Assembly (NCBI RefSeq): GCF_964355755.1
Contig: NC_092673.1
Span: 26,099,648 to 26,163,647, forward strand
Length of the DNA stretch: 64,000 nt
Direction of reading: 5' to 3'
From: Antedon mediterranea
Taxonomy: Eukaryota > Animalia > Echinodermata
Positions 26,691 through 39,392 of the stretch are shown one piece after another. Below the pieces are notes generated by a model. It ran no database searches. It saw only the letters and a program-made list of their open reading frames with translations, and was not told where the DNA came from. The translations under genes were made by a program, and so were the position numbers. The stretch's first letter is position 1. Every line of letters starts with the position of its first letter.

Positions 26691-27056
26691 CATTTGGGAA
26701 TACAACATCCCTTCAAGACCACAGAAAGAAAATGGAATACCATCAATGCTGGAGTGGCCTACAATGTATACTCCTAAGTTGCCTCTCTCAGCATTTCAGT
26801 TAGTTCAATGTGAAAATTGGAATGTACAATTCTAACATAAATCTTTAAAAGACATTGTAACGCAATTACAGTATTATATTCTTAAAAGCAGCATCTAATC
26901 ACTTGCAAGATCCTCATTGAACCTTACATGCATTAGTATTTTTATAGCCTCTTTCATCTGATTTAAAAACTTGGATTTTTTCCAATATATCTGAATTGTT
27001 CAGTACCTGACGAGTACATCAATGGCACTAATTTCCAATCAAATTCATATACAATG

Positions 27057-27450
27057 ATAATAATAGTTCATTCTTATATAGCGCATATAAGCAAGCTCTC
27101 AATGCGCTGTACATAAATTAAAATAGACGAGAAGTGGCAATAATTTAAATTAATGAACAACTTGTTTGAAAAGGCCCGAAGACTTCAACTGGTCTTGAAA
27201 GAGTAGCACACTGTACGATTGAAATTGGTAGGGAATTCCACAATTATTGGAGTCAAAAGCATTACTAGAAATTTAGTTTTGTTTGTACAATAGACTCACT
27301 GCAGCATTGCAATACATTGTCATAATCACTACAGTTAAAGAAACATGTTCAAAATCCTGAATACACCACTTAGGAAGGAAATTGTAACTCTTTTATAAAT
27401 TGAATCTGTACAAAGAGAAATTTAGTAACTCGAAAGTGGTGCAGTGTTTA
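27057..27450 (-). mobile_element. Degenerate CR1/L2 LINE 3' end
   Basis: WNSLPISI remnant near 27215-27240 and an L2-type tail (ATATAGCGCA...TGCGCTGTACA next to AAT repeats). Confidence 0.6.
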
Positions 27451-27719
27451 AAATCAAACTTGCTTGCTAGTATAAATTATTATATGTACTAATATGTTGT
27501 CGGTATTTTTGTTTAATGTAAAATGCAACAGCTTGACTATAAACCTTTATGACTAATTGAAATATCTAGTCAATATTTAGTCAATGTTCTTTACAAAATA
27601 TTTCTCCATAAAAATGCATTGAACGCACACTTTACAATACAAACGATGGCCTATTAGCATTATGACATTTCAAAACATGAACTATGTATTAAAAAGGTCA
27701 AATAGTATTCTTTCTTTAA

Positions 27720-28167
27720 CACTTTGACTGCCAAACACGAAGATCTTCATTTTTGGAAACACAACGCTTGACTGCCAAATCTGGATTTTGGCGAAACATT
27801 GATGTAAGATTTATGATTTATTTATTTTTCGATAGTGATAACTTGTTTTTATAGGCCTACCGGTGCCGTGTAAGTAACTTTTTCGTTGTTTGTTGATCTC
27901 ACCGGGCGATATTTTCATATTGTGATGTCTACGAAAAACTAAAAAAGTGGGTTACTTTCATTTTACTATTACGATTTACATATTGCGATTTGAAAATCGT
28001 TCTTGGTACCATTGTAAAGCTAAAATCTTTATGATTATTTTAGTCTAAATTACATGTAAATCAGATCACGTACATAGTTTCAATCAGCTTTAATAAAAAC
28101 ATCGAATTGGGCTATAAATGCTGGCGGTGGCAGTTTCTAACTGGAAAAACCTCTGGCAGTCAAAGTG
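27720..28167. mobile_element. piggyBac-type non-autonomous element (448 bp)
   Basis: Perfect TIR CACTTTGACTGCCA / TGGCAGTCAAAGTG, flanked on both sides by TTAA. Confidence 0.88.
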
Positions 28168-30409
28168 TTAATTATTCTAATCAGAAATTGCCTTTGCACA
28201 TTTAAGTCTTTTAAACATTTAAATCGATAATGTCTAGCTTTTAAAACATGAACATGAATTAGGTTTGTTAATGTTGTCATTTTAAAATAGTTTTTTACAT
28301 ATTTTTTTAAAGGCAACATTTTTTTCACTAGATAACTTGTTTTATATTGTTTCTTTTCTTTTATACAGATGCATTTGTTAATCTCGAAAATGTTATAAAC
28401 ATGTACATAAAATATAATATAAATTGCTGCTATCATTAATAAAAAATATCAAGAGGGCATGACCCTTGTATTTACTAGAGCGATAGAGCCAGCTGGCTTA
28501 AAGCGCAATAACACAGTGTGAACACAAACATTTACAATTATGTCCGTAATTAAAAAGTGCTTATTGCGCACCAAGTCTTCACATTAATATCCCAGTTAAT
28601 AACTTGAATATGTTATGGATGATATACAGCTCTCCAGGAGAGATATTCTATAATCAAACAGCTGTAAGCAGTGCAATTTATTTACACTTCTTGGGTGCTC
28701 ACTTACACTCCTGGGTGAAAAGCAATGACAGTAAATACATATGATACATATGATGATAAACTAATGATTATTCTTATATTATAATTAATGTTATTTAACT
28801 TATTAATTAATGGTTTAACTGAATTTTTATTAATAAATTAAGGTTTATTTTTTACAAATTTCTGCAAAATACATGTACAAACCAAAAGCAAGGAAAGAGA
28901 AAAAAACAGCAAAACAGCTAGTTGATCAACCCAAAACAGACAAGTTAAATTGACAACATTTTAAAAAATAAGCAACAATTATGTAGTTTACTCTTTAAAA
29001 AAAAATTTTAAATTGCAAATTTCACAGGGCAATTATTTCATGACAAGGTCACGAAATATTATTCATGTTATAAAATAAGATATTAAAAACTATACAAAGA
29101 AAATCATACTCTATTGGTCTAACGGCATAATTAACATTGATTAATTAAATTTGACATAGAATAACTTAATATAGATCAGATTCCTGAGTGGATACGAACA
29201 TAATTACTTCATTAACTTTCCAGATTAATTTCTAATAAATGACTATTTGCATTGCGTTCCTCTCGGATCTCTTATGATTGTTTAACTGGGAAATCAATTA
29301 AAATGATAAGGATATACAGGATCATAAATACGTTCTCGTAATGCAATACGTTAAGTAGTCAACAGATCATTAATAACGATTTTAAATCACTTTATCATAA
29401 TATGAGTTCATTGAGATCATCAGGCATCAAGACAGGGAGGTAAAATTTACATACCACATGAATATTCATTTATTTTTGTTGCTATATAATTATTCTTAGT
29501 AGTAGGAAAGAAAATGTTCAATATAATTATTTCATATTTTAAATATATAAGCGTTCTTTGTTTGATATTTTTATGTACTTAGTTTAGTGTAGTTGTTTTG
29601 TTATTGTAATATTATAATGCAAGCATTCATTTTTATCTTTGCTAGCGCATTGTATTTTAAATTTATATCAAAATAAATAAAAATGACTGGGAATTTGTAT
29701 AAGAATTCTTTGTTAAGTGCAAGGACGCCAATCTATATTTGATGACAGTGGGTAAGAGGGGGGGGGGGGGGAGAAGATTGGAAACTACAGAAGGTGAAAA
29801 AATGAAACATTGTTTCTAGTGATATTCACAGTGTAAAGTTGCTGCTTATACAAAATTGTATGGATTTGCCTGCAGACAAAATTTACGAGGGAAGAGACAT
29901 TAACCAGAATTTGTGCCATTGGCATTAATGGTTTTCCCACCAACTCAAGATTTTTCCTTACAAACATATTGGTGAGTAGGCCTATATCCTTTTTATTGGA
30001 GGCCCTACTTATAGTAGCTGCATTATAAGTAGGACATGTACTAAATACTAATATAAGTGTATTAAATATTTCTTGTAGATATTTGTGTAATTATCTATCT
30101 CATTGGCCTATTTTAAATCGTCTTTAAACCATTCACAAAATCATTTGATAATAAAATCTCTTTACAATACAAAGCACTGGTAAGTTAATGAGGCATTGGA
30201 TGCAGCAATCCTTTCAAGCGCTTGGTTGTATTTACAAGTATTTATGTTTTTAGCTTCCAAGTTAATACCAAGATTAACCGTCATTTAAGCTACCATTGTG
30301 TGTTTTCTTTTTCTGCCTTGTACAATACAACTCATTCTCAATCCCTAATTTAATAACTGATGACCGTAGCCATACAATTTGTTTTTAAACTTATTTTACT
30401 TTTGTACTA

Positions 30410-32118
30410 CAGTACTGACTACAAATCATGTACCATAACCCGCGTTTGTCGCGCGTGTAAAATATGTGTAATTGCCGCGTGCCTGTATTTGCCGTGTGGA
30501 CCATGACGTCATCACTTTGTAGCTTTTTACTGGTAAAATATGGAACTCCCGGTACGACGCCCGCGACAACACACACGTGGGTATCAGTTTGTTTTGTTTC
30601 TATTGTTTAGGCCTACCATCATATTTATGTAATCTGAACCCGCCCGTTTACTGTATGTAACAAAGTTTATGGCAAACAATAAATAAGAAAGTTTATAGAA
30701 TTCATGTAAATTGTTTTTCATCGGGGTTTTGTTTAGAGTTCACGTCGTATTATTTTATATAAAATAATGTGAGGCGTACAGTGAGAAGTGTACAACAGGG
30801 AGGCTAGAATAGAGAGCTACTGTACCTAAGCCCCCCACAAAAAAAAAAACATATTTAGCGATCTTTAATAGGTCAATAAATAGCCTAATAATAGTAAAAT
30901 TATAAAATGATGTTTCCTTGTATTTTCGTAACCGTAAGCCAAATATTTAAATTAAAATACAGCGCTAGTGTTTTAGGCCAAGTACAGTATTCGCTCAAAT
31001 AACTGTGACTGTGAATGGGTTTTCCGCCGCTCGGTGTAGAAAGTCAAATTATTACGTTCTTCTTGTCTGCATTGTATACTTGCTTTATACATTCTCTGCT
31101 TATGAAACGACTTAATAAGTTGCTAAATTGACGTTTAAAGCAGATATTTGTCTGACATCAGCCCATGTTTATAATGAAAACACAACAAGGTTCCGAAAAT
31201 GGTACAGTCCAAAATGAGGTGTGCAATTAAATAATATCAACGTAAACATATGCGCACGGTATCGGGGCTGTATTCATAAGAGCCCTGGACGGGAAATGGT
31301 AAAAACTTGTATTTATTCGACCTCGCTTCTCTCTCGCTCTGGCTGTGTGCGGAGGAGAATCGCTCCAACGTGGTTTCGTGGAGCGATTAATGGTCCAGTC
31401 CGTAACAGGGGTGTACATTAGTTACCGCGCTAAATACATGCATGTCAATACTGGCGTTGTAATACTATATAAATGTTTTCCTCCCCGACGGGGAATGGTA
31501 AAACCTTTATGTTATTATTTGGCCTAGCAACTGTGTGTACTCAATGGATGAACTCTGCAACGTGGTGCGTACAGAAAGTACGTCATTCGGCCACCAGCAA
31601 CGATCGTGTTTTGAAAGATATTGTTGGGTCTTTTCTACCTTGTTTTTTTTAATGAGTTTTCTCAAATACTTAATAAATATGACTTAAAATATATATAAAC
31701 AAACCTTGAAAGCAAACTAGGCCTAGAATAGTAGTACTGTACTCCCGGTAGTAGGCCTACTAACTAGGCCTAGTATTTTCAATCACAGATTGCATCATGA
31801 TTCATGGAAGTTTTTACCTCCATGATTGCACTATGATAAATAAATCGATTTTTTATTTCAAATAGGCCTATATTTTGTTATATAAAATGCTGTTATCCTG
31901 TACTGTAATTCCAGTTATTGTCTTGTTTGATGATAATAATATATATGAACAAAACATCAACAAATTATAAATACAGTTCGCTGCAGTTGAATTACTCAAT
32001 GCAGTAATGCATGAGTGAGTATGGACAGTATTGTTAGTACCTAATTACACGCGAGTCACGCGTTTTTCACACCCGTGTAAAATGTGTGGGCTTGGTATAT
32101 GATATGTAGTCAGTACTG
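30410..32118. mobile_element. Non-autonomous Tc1/mariner-type DNA transposon (~1.7 kb)
   Basis: TIR CAGTACTGACTACAAATCATGTACCA / TGGTATATGATATGTAGTCAGTACTG with further imperfect pairing and TA on both sides. CpG-rich interior with no recognisable transposase. Confidence 0.85.
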
Positions 32119-32296
32119 TACCTGTATTTGTATTTTTAAGTCCAATATATGTGGAAAATAAACAACAAAACAAACTCTATATTCTTCAAAAGCCATAGCT
32201 GTTGTGAGGTTCTCAATTATTTCTCAAATAGGAACCCTTTTCAAATCATATAGATACACATCAGTGACCGCCTCAGGATAAATTGACAGGGAAATT

Positions 32297-32388
32297 GCCT
32301 GGAAAATACCCAATGGAAGGGGGCGTATTTAGGGTTTCTATAAAATGACAGGGGGTTGCCTGGAAATATCCAATGGCTGAAGGGGGTC
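32297..32388. repeat. Short two-copy duplication, about 57-bp period
   Basis: TGACAGGG..TTGCCTGGAAA.A.CCAATGG..AAGGGGG occurs twice. Confidence 0.7.
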
Positions 32389-33025
32389 TATAAACTTTCA
32401 CGTTCGAGGCTTTGCTGGAGGTCATGTGCAGTCAGACAAACTAGCGTCTTTAGATTTTTCATCTGTAGAAATCCATTATTTATTAATACAAAAAAATGTA
32501 ATGCATTTGCATAGTTATATTATTAACACACCTGCATCATCCCTATCAGTCATTTGTTAATAAACTTGACAAGCTGCAATACTATGATAGTTTTCAACAA
32601 CAAAATATTAAAAGAAAAAAATCTAAGATTTTGCATTGCAATGACTGTATAATTATGAAATTCAAAAGAAAAATAGAATCTAAAGAGCATAGACTTTCAA
32701 TGATGATTATATAATTTGAAAAATATACAATGCATCAGAAAACAACAGCTGGTTTCTATAGTATTGTTTGAATACATAATGTTATCAGTTTTGCAGAAAA
32801 GAAAAACTCAGGAATTTTAAAAATAGTATAATCTAATATTTATTTCATAAATTAAAAATTAGGAAGTAGCACAGAAGCTGTCCTTCAATACTTAACTTAA
32901 GCATAGATAAATGTATTATGCATAAGATCAGGAGTAATATACTGTACAGTTTACAAAAATAAATCTGATAGATATATTTACTATACTCAAATGGGAAACT
33001 ATTGAAAAACTAACACTCTGTATAG

Positions 33026-33093
33026 GGATCTCAATGTTTGAGATACAAATATAAGAAAAAAGCTAAATAAAAGTCATAGTAAATTACAGAGCT
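33026..33093 (-). mobile_element. PLE family A remnant, strongly decayed
   Basis: GGATCTCAATG..GAGATACAAAT..AAAAGCTAAAT..CAGAGCT follows the order seen in the 49211 copy. Confidence 0.6.
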
Positions 33094-33449
33094 AATATGC
33101 AACAGTCTCCTAGCAGTCTTATAATATCCCTAATGGCTCAATTAGCTAACTTATACATTTATTCATTGTAAATTCATAGAGTTTCTCTATATGAATGATA
33201 AAGATCAATTTATTCTTTGTAAATCAAATAAGAATAGACCAACTGAATTGGAGTTCATATTTTATAGATTGAAGTCTGCACCAACAGGTTAGAACAGCTA
33301 TATACCACCAACATCTCATTTTGAACAGTGTGGCCTTTTTTTGGTTTATCCGGGTATTAGAAAGCACAGATTAGCCTAACAACTATTCATGTGTATATAA
33401 ATAAGATGAAAGAGTCGCTATCCAATCGAGTTTGAACAATACCATGAAA

Positions 33450-33521
33450 GCCCCAGTGGTCTAATGGTTAGGACATCTGCATATCAAGCAGGCGGTCCGA
33501 GTTTGAGTCTCGGTTGGGGCG
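33450..33521 (+). tRNA. tRNA-Asp-like cloverleaf with anticodon ATC; probably a pseudogene or repeat-borne
   Basis: Acceptor GCCCCAG/TTGGGGC, D arm GTC..GAC, anticodon arm TCTGC-ATATCAA-GCAGG, T arm CCGAG-TTTGAGT-CTCGG, discriminator G, and TTTTT two bases downstream. The T loop lacks the conserved C56. Confidence 0.6.
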
Positions 33522-33830
33522 ACTTTTTCTCATTCTCACAGATTTCCTCATCTTTATCGTTTCAAATTAATTAATTAAATTTCAGTATATCACTGGGCGG
33601 TTTCGAATTAATGTTCATTGCCTAATGTGTTTATACATAAGATGAATGTTATAAATAGAATAATAATATAATATAAAAATGCACCACGAGCAATTGTTCT
33701 GCCTTATTACTTGTTGGAGAAATCATACTATTAAACAGTGGCACATATTATTTGCCGATGCTATGGATTAATAGCAGAGAATTAATGAGTGTGAGGTGTT
33801 TCATTTCCTGAACGCTCCCATGTCAGTCAA

Positions 33831-34400
33831 TGATGTATTGCTTTGAAGAAGTCAAACCATTACCTAGTTAAATAATACGCAAAAATGAGTTTGTACAAAA
33901 AGGAATAATGTACTGTATTGTCTTTGTCTGTTGGGAGAGCGATATATGGTGTAATGCTAAGGGATGTTGGACTTAGTTCGAAACCTGCCTATACCATATT
34001 GCGTGTATCCTAACAAGATACTTTAATCACTCATTGACGTATTACTTTGAAGAAGTCAAACCATTACCTAGTTAAATAATACGGTATGCAAAAATGAGTT
34101 TGTACAAATGTATTGTCTGTTGAGAGAGCGATATATGGTGTAATGCTAAGGGATGTTGGACTTAGTTCGAGACCTGCCTGTACCATACTGCATGTATCCT
34201 AACAAGATACTTTGCTCACATCATGGAAGTATAAAAATAGCATTCATGCTCTCATTTTTTCCATGCTCTCATTTCCTCATCCTTTGGATAGGACGTAAAG
34301 TTGTTGATCTTATGTTCATACATTGCACATAGAACTGGTATTCAAATATAGTAGGGATCATCATCCTCGTCCTCTGAGAGAACATTCCGATACTGAAGCA
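33831..34400 (+). mobile_element. Old tRNA-SINE with its 5' part and flank tandemly duplicated (~204-bp period)
   Basis: CTTTGAAGAAGTCAAACC...TGGTGTAATGCTAAGG...GTTCGA.ACC...CCTAACAAGATACTTT occurs at 33831 and 34035. The second copy continues into a Deu/Nin-like TTGGATAGGACGTAAAG..AGTAGGG segment. Confidence 0.7.
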
Positions 34401-34550
34401 TCACCATCATCCAGAAGAAATTAATTGATTGTAAATCAATATCTTAGGATAAATACAGCAAGACAACTTTTCCCAATTTATTTTTTAGCTATTGTATAGC
34501 TTTAGAGTTCTGTTTCTGTTTTTTTTCATTCAGGACTACATTACGAATGA

Positions 34551-34752
34551 AAAATCATTATTTGTTAAATAAAATTTTCAAATAAAGTTAAATTTCAGAA
34601 ATTTATGTAATATATTCTGTTCACTTTTATTAAGAATATGTAGGACTATAATACAAATAAAAAATCATTATTTATGTTATATAAAGTTTTCAAATAAAGT
34701 TAAATTTCAATCAGAAATTTATGTAATAGATTCTGTTGACTTTTATTAAGAA
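34551..34752. repeat. Two-copy tandem duplication, about 110-bp period
   Basis: AAAATCATTATTT..TTTTCAAATAAAGTTAAATTTCA..GAAATTTATGTAATA..CTTTTATTAAGAA occurs twice. Confidence 0.85.
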
Positions 34753-37700
34753 CATGCATGAACAAGCCGAGTATAATGCACTTTTATATCATTGCTATTG
34801 GCAAGTGTCTAGCCTACAAAAACAAATTTAAGCAAAGCAATCACTGTGAATGCCTCTAAATGAATGAATAATTTTGCCCTTGGAACTGATACTGTCATTT
34901 CATCACAATGATATTTAATCCAACTATTGTATAATTATGTAAAGAGCAATTTCAAAGGAATTCCTACGTATAAAAAGGTATACAATCTATTATTCACTGC
35001 ATCAACTATTTTATGATACAGAATCTGGGTTATTGAAAGCCAAATAACCGAGTTAGTACCTTTTATTGTATTATTTAGTTAAAAAGTAGTAAAGGTATAC
35101 ATATACCTATAGATATACTGAATCCATCCATTTATAAATATGAATACATCAAAGCTTTAGTATATCCTTTTTCTAATTTCGTAGTGTACATTTGGAAATT
35201 CATTTTTTTAGTTGTAAATTTCGTAGAATGTTTTTACCAGGATTAACATAAGGTAAACATATGTGTGGTCTAACCAATGATAAGAGGATTATATTAATTA
35301 GAACGCAATGAAATAAATCGTTCACTACATGGAATTATTTAGGTTTTCCAAAGCCAATGAATCAAGATCAACCAATTACCGTAGCCTACTAATAAATGTA
35401 AAACAGCATGAATTGTATAAAATCTTAGATAGCAATAACAGACAAAATGGAAAAAGAAATGAACTAAATAATTTGTTATGAGCAATACATAACTAGCCCT
35501 AAACATAGACTGAAATCCTAAAGGAATGGTTACCATGGAAACTTTACCTGGTGGTGGATGTATTCTTTCAAATAGCCGGCTCAATCGACGGCTCATCCGT
35601 CTGTGAAAACGGAAGCTCATATTGTCAATCCTCACTCAATTCAGCTTAGAAAGCGTGCAATAAAATCGTCTCGTAATTATCCAGATTGATAGATAAATAG
35701 TATTTAATAGATTCCTATAGAGTTGTAATATTGTTTCTAATACACGACACTATAACTTCTCATGATTGTTATTAACTTGTATGACAGTTCACAAAACCTC
35801 ATACAGTATATGCAAACATACACTTCAACTGCAGATTTAGACTGAACCATTCAGTATACAGGGGTGTGATCTATCTAATTATCTTTTCTGAGTTTTCATT
35901 CAAAATTATGCAGCTTGCTAAAGGATTGGGATTGTCATTTCAAGTTGTGCGCGATAACAAATCTTTAATGTAATTTTAACATACAATACAAAATCCTCAT
36001 AAAATATATGACGTGATACGATAGAATTGAGTTGAACCATTTTGAGTGATTTTCCATTTTATCGTCACAAGCTGCAACAGTGCCTATAATTCTAATAATA
36101 TGAATTCACAGTATGTTAACAGATATTGTACTGGTATTTTGGACACAATAAAATAATTTAAAGTGGCTGCTGTTCAAGTTAGTTTTCAGCTAAATACCTT
36201 GAATAATAAACGGTACACTGCTGAATATGTATGAACAATTAATTAATTAAGGAACATTATTGTTAGGTATTGTAGTTTTCTGCTGTTGAAACTAATTATT
36301 AGGCTAAATTTTTAAAAAACACACATAATTTCACATCCACTCTCACACACAATTAAAAAAAATTGTGGTATTATAAACAAATCATGAAATTTTTTTGTAT
36401 TTTCAAGGTCGTCAGGGTTTTTTTTTTAGTGGAAATGATGACTGAACTTTTAACAACTTAAATCATTCTCATGTTTATTAGAACAGCCAACAATAAAGAC
36501 CTTCACAAAAATATAAAAACCCTAGATGTGAAACAATTTATTCATTTGGCACTATCAAAAGTTGTTGATTTATGGATTGATGATTTCAATGTTAATTTTA
36601 CATACATCCATAAATGTTTTATTAAAACAGCACATCAATTGTATCTAGATATCTAGAGCAATGTATTCCGTACAAATCATGCATTTATATTTTAACAACA
36701 TTTGCAAATAATGTTTAAAGCTCAACCTACATTTGTCAATTTTAGTCTATGCTAACTTTAAATCAACTATAAAAGGCTATAGCTTAGAACCTCTTTTGAA
36801 ACATTCCTATTCAGAGAACACCCTTATTAATCCGGGGACACAAATTGTGAAAAGAAAGAGGCCGTCATACTACTTCTAACCTCTATTGAGGGGACACCCC
36901 TATCATGTAAGTGTGTACCCCTGTAAGAGGACACTTTCTGGCTATCCAAGATGTCCCTTAATATTAATATATATCTTATTTTGTTATTTAAACAAAAGAT
37001 TTCAATAGATCTTACGTTTTCTAGACACCCCTGATAAAGTATTGTGATACAATTCTTATTTAAATTCATACAAGATCAATTTATTTGTGATGGAAAGAAA
37101 AACTCCAATTGCTGCAACATTTCAAGCCATCTTTCAGGTCATATTCCTCATTGTCAAATTGCAACAACAATTTTTAATTGAAAGATCTTTAGATTACTTG
37201 TTCAACTACTATTTTAAGCCTCATCGTATCGAACTCCCTCGATGAACGTTTTCTAGCGATGAGATCATTAACAGTTCGCAATATAATCAGATCACACTGA
37301 ATCAGTAACGAGCAGTCAGGTGTGCCAGCATGGTGAAAATGATAAGATGATTTTCAAAAACATCTGAGGTATCAGCTACAACAGACAAATTGTCGAGAAA
37401 CACACCGGGGAGCTTGCCTGTATAATCCAGTCATCAGTTGATAAAATCCATAATGAAACAATTAAGATATTATAGAGGGCACTATGTAAGCATGGGAACA
37501 CTTTCAGCAAGCCAACTGAATGGTTAAATGGTATAGAATTGAGGTTATAAGTCTGTAGCCCTGGGTTCAATATCCATCAAATAGTTGAGAAAGATTATTT
37601 AGAGGGTTCTATTTAGGAATAGATAATTCTGAGAATTGTGTCAACTGCGCATGACTGGATTACAAAACAGCTGATGTTCGATTCTACCAGTAGATAAAAT

Positions 37701-37880
37701 GCTAGCCTGTAAGTGATAGTTAATAAAGGTCTTAGTAAAGAGGTCCAACACATTTATTTATGAGGCCTGGTTGTGTGAACAAAAGGTTAACGTTATTGGC
37801 TCTAAACTACAATTACAATCCTGTTGGTGCAGTACCCGCTGCTTACTTGGGCTCGAATCTAACCACTAGCCATCAGCGCA

Positions 37881-37947
37881 AGCTCGGTGGTCTAGAGGTA
37901 TGAACGCCAGGCTAGTGATCTGGAGGTCGTGGGTTTGAGTCCCACCC
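37881..37947 (+). mobile_element. tRNA-like SINE head
   Basis: GGTGGTCTAGAGG (A box), arm CCAGG-CTAGTGA-TCTGG, arm GTGGG-TTTGAGT-CCCAC. The acceptor stem is not closed. Confidence 0.6.
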
Positions 37948-38149
37948 AAAAACTAAAGTATTCTCAAATGTATTTGGTATAAAGTACAAATTACGTCAGA
38001 GTAGGGCAAAATCACCTAATTACTCAACTCCCTGACGAAAAACTACAAATACAGGCGCTATTTTTCCAATGTATTCTGTTTTTATTCAAACATGGCAGAT
38101 GTTCTCATTTCTCTTGAATGACTATGATGATGATATATATTGCCCAGTC

Positions 38150-39392
38150 TACTACTATGATTGACATAATACAATCACTGTACAGCTCAACGAAAGCATA
38201 CCTTGCTGACGACGATCCCAGTGATGATAAGTTCGAAACATCTTCTGGTGTGCGACAGAGTGGTATTGAGAGTACCAGCATGTGTAACCAATATTTTGAT
38301 TACGTTATTAGAGTGTTCAAATCGTGCTCAAAGATGTAAAGCACCGTCAAGGGGCATCTATGACGACTTTGAAAGTGGCTATGCTGACGACTTTGCTGTA
38401 AGCTCCTGGTCACAAGAAGAACTGCAAACCATTGTGAACATCTTGAATGAAGTTTGTCTGGAATTTGGTCTAAGAATTAGTGCCCCAAAAACAGAAACCA
38501 TTATATGGAACTGGAAAGAGGAAGTTGAAGAATACCCAAGATGCATCATACAAATTGGCAGCATACACATTAACAACGTAACACACTTTAGATACCTTGG
38601 TGTATGGGCTACCTACAATGATGTTCATATTGGAGATCAAGAAGTAAAATACAGAATCAATTCAGCCAAAGGAGCATTTGCAGAGAATAGGGCATTGCTT
38701 ACCAACAGAACAATCCACCTACAAACAAGAATGATGTTTCTTAATGGTCTAGTTAGGAGTAGACTCACCTATATGGTTGCCATGCTTGGAGGGCAACAGG
38801 AAGTGAAATGTCCAAACCTAGCACAACATACAAAACCTTCCTAAGAATAATGCTAGTGAATGGCTTTCAAAGGGTCTGCCCACCAAACCATGTAGACATA
38901 TCCTCAGATGAAGAAACAGATGAAAACTATATAGACTGGCGTTACGTAATTGATAATGACGATCTCTACAAAATTACTGGCTGTCAACCGCTAGAAGAAT
39001 ATGTCTACAAGCAACAATTCAACTGGATCGGACATGTAATAAGAAAAGAAAATGAAGATCCTACAGAAATTCTTACTTTTCACACAACACAAAATAAACG
39101 AAGAGGTCGGAAGATACCATCATTACTTGATAGAGTTGTACTACAAAGTCAAATTACTAGATGCAACTTCATTGGAGCCTGCTTCAACAGAAATGTATAA
39201 TTCCCAGCAATGTTTTAACTGTATATATGAACTGTTTTATAAGTTGTTTTGTGACTGTGCAATTTGGTAGTACTGTAGTCACTCTCGTACTGTACATTTA
39301 AAAGTAACACATCCAAATGCCAACTTTAAGTCAATGGCTACAAGATGTCTCTGTGAGACGGTTATTTGAACCAGTACCAGTACCAGTACCAC
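38150..39392 (+). pseudogene. 5'-truncated, frameshifted RTE-like LINE reverse transcriptase with 3' UTR
   Basis: Three overlapping ORFs give GVRQ(S)GIES..YFDYVIR, YADD, ISAPKTE, FRYLG, RINSAKGAF and WIGHVIRK..RRGR. The 3' end is (CCAGTA)n at ~39371-39390. Confidence 0.93.

Noticed and set aside
31221-31527. GC-richer overlapping ORFs, possible CpG-island promoter
   Set aside because: They lie inside the 30410-32118 transposon, and no homology is recognisable.
38196-38245. CTGACGA...GAAAC hammerhead-like string
   Set aside because: It lies within LINE RT coding sequence and lacks paired stems.
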